Origin: a virus
Taxonomy: Duplodnaviria > Caudoviricetes
Direction: 5' to 3' (one strand)
IMG/VR virus record: IMGVR_UViG_3300020576_004053
Span: 64,001 to 128,000 of that record
Length of the DNA stretch: 64,000 nt
The position numbers were made by a program, and so were the translations under genes. Under the pieces are notes generated by a model. That model searched no databases and was not told where the DNA came from. It worked only from the letters and a program-made list of their open reading frames with translations. The stretch's first letter is position 1. Each line of letters starts with the position of its first letter. Positions 57,004 through 64,000 of the stretch are shown here, piece after piece.

Positions 57004-57342
57004 CTAACTAACGTGCCAAACGCCGTTAGGATGCTTTTCTGCAAACGACACCAACCGCTTAATGGCTTTGACCGCATTACCGGGAGTAGGTGCCCAATAA
57101 TCATCATACGGCTTTGCGTGCGGCCAACGATCCACGAATTCCTTCAACGACTTTAGTGAGTCGATTCCGTACTGTCCGTGCAAATCCTTCACCAGCGTCC
57201 CATACACTTCGCTGTAGTTGTACGTAATATTCAACGTACATTCTGTTGTCCCACCCATCGCGTACGTACCACCCTCTTGGAAAGATTCTTCCGTGGTCAG
57301 TACGTTTCCATCAGCGTCTCTCAAATCGACATCATAGCTCAT
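57004..57342 (-). CDS. Conserved phage hypothetical protein
   Basis: MSYDV.L...NITYNYS...YW..T.GN...HP.GVW. Confidence 0.6.
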   Translation of the reverse strand: MSYDVDLRDADGNVLTTEESFQEGGTYAMGGTTECTLNITYNYSEVYGTLVKDLHGQYGIDSLKSLKEFVDRWPHAKPYDDYWAPTPGNAVKAIKRLVSFAEKHPNGVWHVS

Positions 57343-57704
57343 GAAATGTGGGCCGTCCATTCAAACGGTTGCAACAACAGGTTTATTGATGGTAGTTCCA
57401 ACCGACGTGATTGCGCTACCCGATACAGATCCAACATGAGTTTTTTATCATGTTGTGCAACTGATTCGGAATTGTACCACGCTTGCCGGTTAGAAAGGTG
57501 CTTGATGATGTTGACCAAATGTCCATCTTCCAAATCGCGCACCTTGATCTGACGACCATCTGCCGTTGTCCAGATCTTATCCAGAATCGGATCTTCGACC
57601 GGTGGAGTAACTACAACATCGGTGGTGGACGACGGCATCACATCGCTTACTGCCGCAATGCCAAACGCCGCCATAATTGATGAGAGAAATGTCCGTCGCA
57701 ACAT
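57339..57704 (-). CDS. Hypothetical protein with twin-arginine-like N-terminus
   Basis: MLRRTFLSSIMAAFG; WTTADG..I.V.DL...HL.N. Confidence 0.5.
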   Translation of the reverse strand: MLRRTFLSSIMAAFGIAAVSDVMPSSTTDVVVTPPVEDPILDKIWTTADGRQIKVRDLEDGHLVNIIKHLSNRQAWYNSESVAQHDKKLMLDLYRVAQSRRLELPSINLLLQPFEWTAHIS

Positions 57705-57709
57705 AGGTG

Positions 57710-58525
57710 TTATAGAATAGGGAATCGATGTTTGATATCGCGGACCAACGAGACTGCCTCTGGTAAAGCTAACACATCTGGCTGCCAGCACAAGCCCCGT
57801 TCGATTAAATCTATGGAATCCATAATCCGCGCACCGGGAATAACCGACCCATCCGGATTCCGTTCCCGTCCCATCAACCAGATCGTATCAGCGGCGGAAA
57901 CAGCGGCTGAGACATCATGTGTCACAACGACGACCGTGGTTTCTTCATGGGTAGTGGTGACACGTTGAATAAGTGCGATCACCTTATTCAACGAATTCAC
58001 GTCCAGCCCAGAGAACGGTTCATCCATGACGATATAATGCTCACTACACAACAACTGCTGTGCAATAGCGACTCGCTGTTTCTGCCCACCGGATAGTTGA
58101 ATCGGATACTTGTCAGCATGTTGGGTCAGATCGAATTCTGCCAACATCGCCTTACTCCGTTCCACCACATCAGATTGGTTGGATTGGGTTGCCGCTTTAA
58201 TCAGGTTGCCCAAGACCGTACGATGCGGCATAAGGGGATAATGCTGCGCCACGACCCCTACCATGCCCGGAGCCGTTAATTTGGCGTCAGCACCCACGTA
58301 GACCGCTCCAGTGTCCGGTTTCTTTAGACCGGCCAACACACGGAATAGCGTCGTCTTCCCAATACCCGATGGTCCCAACAATCCAACCACCTGTCCTTGT
58401 AGCATATTCGGACGGACGACGTTGCGAATCTCGGCAGACATATTACGCAAGATCGGGACGCCATCATATGCAACCGAGACGTTATCAATCTTGAGTAGAA
58501 TTTCTTTCCGCTCGTATTCAAACAT
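57710..58525 (-). CDS. ABC transporter ATPase (NitT/TauB-like)
   Basis: GPSGIGKT, LSGGQKQRVAIA, MDEPFSGLD, VTHD. Confidence 0.95.
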   Translation of the reverse strand: MFEYERKEILLKIDNVSVAYDGVPILRNMSAEIRNVVRPNMLQGQVVGLLGPSGIGKTTLFRVLAGLKKPDTGAVYVGADAKLTAPGMVGVVAQHYPLMPHRTVLGNLIKAATQSNQSDVVERSKAMLAEFDLTQHADKYPIQLSGGQKQRVAIAQQLLCSEHYIVMDEPFSGLDVNSLNKVIALIQRVTTTHEETTVVVVTHDVSAAVSAADTIWLMGRERNPDGSVIPGARIMDSIDLIERGLCWQPDVLALPEAVSLVRDIKHRFPIL

Positions 58526-58668
58526 CAGACGAAGGTGTTGTGGGATGTAGGAGTGCCCGAATATCATCGAACGTCAACCATGTACCATCGATACAGACCG
58601 ATGATGTATTCTTTGGAAAACTATTCGATGACTTTTCAGAATGGGTTCTCTGCGTGTCCGTTTCTTTG

Positions 58669-59448
58669 TCATTTCTTGGCCTGTGAAAGTTCAGCGTGTG
58701 GCGCAACCATCGGTTTGATCCATCGGAATATCACATCTTGTGCGACACCGACCATCAAGAATACCGACTGAATGGCGATGATAGCCGCGAGACTGAAATG
58801 TTTTTCCTGATCCAACAGCATCTTACCAATGCCCCCTTCACTACGAGACACCCCTTCCACCATCACCAGCATCAACCAGCCCATCGCGGCATTCTGACGA
58901 AGAATATCCATAGCCGATCCGATGGTGGCCAACACGCGCATCTCCCACCACACTTCCCATTCGGTCATCCGGAGCGTTCGTGCATAGTCCAGATCCGATG
59001 ATGGTACTTGATCCACTACATCGATCATGGACGTGACGAAGAATACCGTCATACCAAACGTCAACATGGTGAGTTTCAGCATATGACCACCGCCCAATAA
59101 CACGGTGATAATAAATCCGATACCAACCAGTGAGATAAACCGTCCCTTTCCGATAGCGTTGGTGATCGGCTTGAAAAACGGAATCGCAGATGCATAGGAA
59201 ATGATCAACGCCAACACCGTGCTCAATACGATAGCCTCCACATTGAGCACCAAGCTTACCCACAACTCACCGAGCAACCCACCATGCATCACCAGATTAA
59301 CCAATTCTCGCCACACAACCAAGGGTGACGGAATAATCGATGGTAGTAGCGTCCACAACAGTAACCCTACAACAATCTGTCCAACCATCAGCGCCGTATA
59401 TACGCTGCTGGTCACGATAGAGTTAGGTCGAAATAGCTGACGCCACAT
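58669..59448 (-). CDS. ABC transporter permease (NitT/TauC-like)
   Basis: PSP..V, six TM segments, EAA-like DYARTL, W..LV..E...GGIG. Confidence 0.85.
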   Translation of the reverse strand: MWRQLFRPNSIVTSSVYTALMVGQIVVGLLLWTLLPSIIPSPLVVWRELVNLVMHGGLLGELWVSLVLNVEAIVLSTVLALIISYASAIPFFKPITNAIGKGRFISLVGIGFIITVLLGGGHMLKLTMLTFGMTVFFVTSMIDVVDQVPSSDLDYARTLRMTEWEVWWEMRVLATIGSAMDILRQNAAMGWLMLVMVEGVSRSEGGIGKMLLDQEKHFSLAAIIAIQSVFLMVGVAQDVIFRWIKPMVAPHAELSQAKK

Positions 59449-59449
59449 G

Positions 59450-59701
59450 TTAGACGGGTGTAGTAGAAGTTGTCGTACCAACCGGACACTCTAGATATTC
59501 TAACACCGTGACCACCGGTACCACAATGGTTTCGAAGAAAATAATACCAACCACCACATTCCGAGTAGATGTTTTATACACCAACTTCGGATTACGCGTG
59601 CTGTTAGTGCCTACACACGGATACATTTTTCCGTTGACTTCCGCCTCGGTACGGCATCCCGTGAGTAGCACCATCACGGTGAGTATTAAGAGGATGCGCA
59701 T
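59450..59701 (-). CDS. Small lipoprotein
   Basis: Lipobox LLTGC. Confidence 0.6.
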   Translation of the reverse strand: MRILLILTVMVLLTGCRTEAEVNGKMYPCVGTNSTRNPKLVYKTSTRNVVVGIIFFETIVVPVVTVLEYLECPVGTTTSTTPV

Positions 59702-59812
59702 AATAATATGAAGTGAGAAGGGATAATGGGGATGACATGATATCATCCCCCATTTACTGGTCAGATTCGACCCGTTTAGCTATGATCCGCGTTTACGGGT
59801 CAGATCCGAACC

Positions 59813-61639
59813 TTATTGCCCGATGATGATTTCGACACGACGGTTCTTGGCACGTCCATCTGCGGTAGCATTCGTCGCAATCGGAGAATCTGATCCATGA
59901 CCCGTCACCCGAATACGACCGGACGGAAAGTCTGTGGGATTCTTGTTCTGCAACCATGCCTTGATTGCCAACGCTCGCTCTTCCGACAACTGCTTGTTCG
60001 TCAACGGATCACCCACATTATCCGTGTGCCCATGCACTTCAATGGTCAGGTTGTTGATCGACAAGGTGCGATACAACTCTTCCATCTGAAACTCACCCTG
60101 TTGTGTCAACGTGGACTTACCGGTCGCGAATGTAATCTGCACATTTCGCGTACCGACCACTCGTGACATCCGCGTACCACCGGAATATTCGATCTTTTCT
60201 GCCACACCAGCATCCTTGGTCTTCGCTGCCAACGTCCGAAGATATGACAGATCCACCACTTCCTCTGCCCCATCAACTGCCGGTACCAAATCCGGATACA
60301 TCTCGTGCACCAAGTTGGCAAAGACGGTGTAAGTCGCCGTGAATCGTGACGCTTCAGGTTTCGTGTTGGGGGCCAATCCGAATAGCACCAGATTATCCGC
60401 CAAGTTATTCGCCTTCGATCCACCCAACTCGACCTTCATCCCCGTCTTATCCTCTTCCGTCACCCCGATGTAATACCGCTTCCAATACGCAGCATCAGCA
60501 CCTTTCTCGTTATAGATCTGTGCCGAAATTTCTGCGGCCCGATCCAACGCCTGTGGATGATTGAGTACCTGATCCCCACCCTGTGTGAAGGCATCCAACA
60601 TCTTCACCACGACATCCTTGTGCGTCTGGTTCCACTTCCGAATGCCGATGATCACGTTAGGCATCTGGTTGGCGTATTCCTTGGTAGAAATCACCGTCAC
60701 CACACCACCCCGTTCCTTCGCCATGATCACGTCACCGGGAGTCCATGTCACCGCGCCTTCAACACACACATTCTTCGTTTCACCCGTGGGCTTACCGTTA
60801 TTCACGACCTTACGATCTTCACACGCACCGGCCACGAATTTCTGTGCGGCATCGATGTAATCCTTTGTGTTCATGAAGTTGAGCAGATTCGGATCATACG
60901 TCTTTTCATCCGGATTGATGCCCACATCATTATCACCGGCATATCGCACCGCAATATTCCAGTCACCGTCACGAATCACACCAGCCACCAGCGCGCCCTT
61001 GAGCGTTTTCGGATTGGTCGCCCACTTTTCCGGTCCCATCAGTTTGTCTTCACCACGCGAATATCCACATGATCCGATAATCTCGGCGCGATAGTCCTCA
61101 CCATACGCGTCGACCAGTGTGGTATTCAGAGCCGACAGAAACGCACCCGATCCGTCACCCATGATGGCGATGAAATGCGAGCCTTCCGTGGGATCAGTAT
61201 TTCCACCTTTCATCGCCTTGGCCAGTGCCGTCAGTTCCGCCATCAACTGGTTATTGTCGTCCTGACGTTCGATGTACATCTTGATGCCCTGCTTTTCCAT
61301 CAGACTGCCCTGCGTCGTCACAGGACCACCGTTGGAAAGCAGACACCCCATCTGTGCGTTCCATGCCCAGAACTTCACACGCACTTCGGGAGCACCGGAC
61401 AGATTCGCTACCTTGGTCGTCGGCAACCCTGCGAATGCGACGTTGGTTTCACCCGACGTATTGAATCGGGAATCCGTGACCTGATCATCCAGCTTCACCT
61501 TGGGGACCATGAACGCCGGGAGATATTTCTGTCCCAATCCGGTTCCTGCGGCATACTTCAATCCGAATACACCGCCGATGATCACCAACAGTCCGATAAA
61601 ACGAGAGATTGTTTTCTTGCCCTTCGCTGTGAGAGCCAT
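59813..61639 (-). CDS. Periplasmic substrate-binding (NMT1/TauA-like) + OmpA_C fusion
   Basis: N-terminal anchor; SRGED and TWTP motifs; C-terminal GHTD.VG...N..LS..RA...NRRVEI. Confidence 0.85.
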   Translation of the reverse strand: MALTAKGKKTISRFIGLLVIIGGVFGLKYAAGTGLGQKYLPAFMVPKVKLDDQVTDSRFNTSGETNVAFAGLPTTKVANLSGAPEVRVKFWAWNAQMGCLLSNGGPVTTQGSLMEKQGIKMYIERQDDNNQLMAELTALAKAMKGGNTDPTEGSHFIAIMGDGSGAFLSALNTTLVDAYGEDYRAEIIGSCGYSRGEDKLMGPEKWATNPKTLKGALVAGVIRDGDWNIAVRYAGDNDVGINPDEKTYDPNLLNFMNTKDYIDAAQKFVAGACEDRKVVNNGKPTGETKNVCVEGAVTWTPGDVIMAKERGGVVTVISTKEYANQMPNVIIGIRKWNQTHKDVVVKMLDAFTQGGDQVLNHPQALDRAAEISAQIYNEKGADAAYWKRYYIGVTEEDKTGMKVELGGSKANNLADNLVLFGLAPNTKPEASRFTATYTVFANLVHEMYPDLVPAVDGAEEVVDLSYLRTLAAKTKDAGVAEKIEYSGGTRMSRVVGTRNVQITFATGKSTLTQQGEFQMEELYRTLSINNLTIEVHGHTDNVGDPLTNKQLSEERALAIKAWLQNKNPTDFPSGRIRVTGHGSDSPIATNATADGRAKNRRVEIIIGQ

Positions 61640-61656
61640 GTTCCTGTACGTAAAGG

Positions 61657-62646
61657 TTAGTTTTTCTTGTTGAGTTTCCGGAGAACCACAGATTCCGGTG
61701 CGGACGTGGATAATGGAATTAATACCGGCGCAGCCCCACTTGTCAACTGTTGCACCGGTTCAGCACCCGACAATTTTGCTCGTAGTTCTGCCAGCCGCTT
61801 TTTTCCCTCCGACTGGAATACTGCGCGGTTCAAATCAATCTCGGCATCGATCCCCTTAGCCGATTCGATATACCCGTCCAACTCCCCAAGCGCCGATGAA
61901 TACCGCTCCCGAATGCGATCTGCCGCCATATTCCGTACTGCGAAGAGATCCGTATCCCCGAAGATGGCTGACGCTGCCTTGGTGGCCTTGCGCGTTTCCT
62001 TGGCGATCTGATTCTGCCGTGTCAACTCGCGCACTTCATCTTCCGATGTCAGGATATGATAATCTGCCCGACTCTTGACCTTCTGCAACGCATCCCGTAC
62101 TTCCGTGACATCGGACAACGCCTGTTTATACCGAGACATAGTTTCTGCCCGACGACCCGCGATTTCCGTCTGTGCATTCATCGCGTCTTCATCGTTCCGG
62201 TTACTCGCAGCATCAGCAACCTTCAACGCCTGATCCAGTTCCTTTTGTGCCCGTTCGATTTCCCCTGACAACGTGCGCATCACCCCGAGAATAGAATTCA
62301 GGCTTTCCACCACCTGTTCCCGTCGTTTCTTCATCTGTTCCGTGAAGCTATTCAGAATAGCCACCGGATCGATATCGACGAAATTGGACGTGATGGCGCG
62401 AGAGATCATCGCGAATGCATAGAAGACCAACGTGCGCACTCGTTCGGATGTGACGATCATGTAAAAGAGTGCCAGACCCACACCCAACACGCCGAGATAC
62501 AGCATATTCTCAGCCAGTGTGATCAGAAATGGCAATACTTTATACAACGCGAACAACCCAACGCCACTCAACAAGGCAACGATTACCTTGCCAGTAGTAC
62601 CTTCAGGACGCTGCCAAAAATTGTCAGTCGGTGATGTGGTAGACAT
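61657..62646 (-). CDS. Membrane-anchored coiled-coil (PspA-like) protein
   Basis: Two TM helices, DPVAIL, long coil. Confidence 0.6.
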   Translation of the reverse strand: MSTTSPTDNFWQRPEGTTGKVIVALLSGVGLFALYKVLPFLITLAENMLYLGVLGVGLALFYMIVTSERVRTLVFYAFAMISRAITSNFVDIDPVAILNSFTEQMKKRREQVVESLNSILGVMRTLSGEIERAQKELDQALKVADAASNRNDEDAMNAQTEIAGRRAETMSRYKQALSDVTEVRDALQKVKSRADYHILTSEDEVRELTRQNQIAKETRKATKAASAIFGDTDLFAVRNMAADRIRERYSSALGELDGYIESAKGIDAEIDLNRAVFQSEGKKRLAELRAKLSGAEPVQQLTSGAAPVLIPLSTSAPESVVLRKLNKKN

Positions 62647-62649
62647 GAA

Positions 62650-63285
62650 TTAGACGGAAAATGGAGTAATGGTGGCTTGGTGGGTCGTGAGTTCCGAACG
62701 AATCGTATTGACGGTCGCGGTAAAATCCAACCGAGCCGCGTCAACCTGTGCCTGTTTTACAGACAATTCAGATGATACACGGGCATGTTCGGATTCCATC
62801 TGAACAATTTCGGCCCGATGCGCTGCGATCTTATCCGTCAACGATTTCACCTGTGCGGTCAACTGATCGGTTACCGACGATAGATGTTGACGCAACTGTT
62901 CGTTGGACTCCTGTTCTTCCTTGGCTAGCAGGGCCAGTCGTTCCTGCAGCGATTCCAAGACCATTTTGGGCGTAATACTATGTGCCGCTTGAATGGCCTG
63001 AAGTGCAGCGGTGAATCGCATGGGTTCAGGAATACCCTGCATTGCACCGACCATCGTGAGATATTCCGCATATCCCCTTTTCGTGGCCGATGCTGCCAAC
63101 GATGCTTGCAACACCTTGACATCTTCTTGATCCACCACGCCCGATTGCGATGATGAAATCGGCTTATATGTCGGTACAGCGGATGGCATCACAGGAGCGG
63201 GCGTCACGGGTACCGGATGTGTTGCGGTTTCTTCCATGAACCCACCGTCGACTGCTGCCTTTTTCAATGAATCCAACAGACCCAT
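62650..63285 (-). CDS. Coiled-coil hypothetical protein
   Basis: 211 aa, first gene of the envelope operon; AGGA RBS. Confidence 0.6.
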   Translation of the reverse strand: MGLLDSLKKAAVDGGFMEETATHPVPVTPAPVMPSAVPTYKPISSSQSGVVDQEDVKVLQASLAASATKRGYAEYLTMVGAMQGIPEPMRFTAALQAIQAAHSITPKMVLESLQERLALLAKEEQESNEQLRQHLSSVTDQLTAQVKSLTDKIAAHRAEIVQMESEHARVSSELSVKQAQVDAARLDFTATVNTIRSELTTHQATITPFSV

Positions 63286-63362
63286 GTACGTGTCCTAGTG
63301 AAAGGTGATACATGGAGTCTAACATTATTGGGTATATTGTCAATACCCAAGTTATCCACATA

Positions 63363-63620
63363 CTATCTGCGGCGACGTTTGTACATCGGCTTACCGTTCC
63401 ATAGATCTAATATGAATATCGTTATACCCGCCACCACCAATGCGACGAGATATACCAATAGAACTATCATAAAGACCGCAAACACCCAATAGAACGGCAG
63501 CAACACCCACCACCATGACCAATCGATGACATGGGCAAGTTTCAGACCGATGAAGAGTACCCCGAGCAAACCAAACACAGAGACGCCACCGGATACAGTT
63601 GTTGAGTTAGACGCTGTCAT
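63363..63620 (-). CDS. Small membrane protein
   Basis: GLL..LFIGLKL..VIDWSWWWVLLP.W motif common in phages. Confidence 0.7.
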   Translation of the reverse strand: MTASNSTTVSGGVSVFGLLGVLFIGLKLAHVIDWSWWWVLLPFYWVFAVFMIVLLVYLVALVVAGITIFILDLWNGKPMYKRRRR

Positions 63621-64000
63621 ATAGGTCGAATGCCTTAAATCGTATGGTGGTTACGGTCGGTCTAAATATATGCATCAGTGATGGTACACGAAGGTCAATG
63701 CGATCCCATAACGGATGAATATAATGGTCTTTCATGAGTTTAACGTATATTGGGAGTCGTATACTCACGATAACACCACTCATATACGGACGCGTGTCAT
63801 ATGGATACTTGGACGGTATACTCTGTTGTTTGCGCATCAGCCCCGCTCAATCATCTGCATGAATCGCGGTGCGAATACATGAAACATACTCGTTGTGTAT
63901 GGATCGTATATCGCAGCCCATATACGATCCAATGCAGTATGCGTGTGCAGGATGATCAGTCTCCTATATATGCCATCTCCACCCACCATATCCCCCGTCC

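Noticed and set aside
59760-59812. tcagat(t/c)cga..c direct and inverted repeats after the OmpA gene
   Set aside because: Short and compatible with an ordinary intergenic hairpin or terminator; no further support.
47-63492. Plus-strand ORFs in the track
   Set aside because: All overlap minus-strand genes or RNAs, lack recognisable motifs and look like antisense shadows.
1-64000. Genome-wide stop-codon reassignment, suggested by the suppressor tRNA and release factor
   Set aside because: Long genes are intact in the standard code, and TAG, TGA and TAA all end well-defined genes (e.g. TAG 5990 and 11175, TGA 10244 and 13760).

Overview
A 64-kb segment of a large myovirus-like bacteriophage genome. 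Essentially all real genes are on the minus strand. The host is probably Gram-negative (OmpA-domain protein, sigma70-type promoters). Left half (1-33.3 kb): a very long repeat-rich tail-fibre-like gene running off the left edge; an SbcD-SbcC (Mre11-Rad50/gp47-gp46-like) nuclease split in two by an inserted endonuclease gene; DnaG-type primase; a baseplate/virion module (gp25-, gp6-, gp5-like); a phage sigma factor; a glycosyltransferase; and several free-standing homing endonucleases. Right half (34.8-57 kb): an RNA/translation island. It holds a tmRNA, about 17 CCA-less tRNAs (including an amber-suppressor-like tRNA with an 8-nt loop and a D-armless tRNA), Pth2, an RF1-like release factor made through a prfB-type CUU-UGA +1 frameshift, a SpoT/Mesh1-type HD protein, a macrodomain, a WGR-PARP and a Ro60/Rsr (TROVE) protein. 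The most striking feature is an array of Y-RNA-like genes around the Ro60 gene: a canonical YrlA-type RNA, a minimal Y RNA, and three tRNA-Y hybrids. In the hybrids the Ro-binding bulged helix, capped by a GNRA loop, sits in the anticodon arm of an open-ended tRNA. The window ends with an ABC-transporter/OmpA-fusion envelope operon. All RNA structures were folded by eye and no database searches were run.
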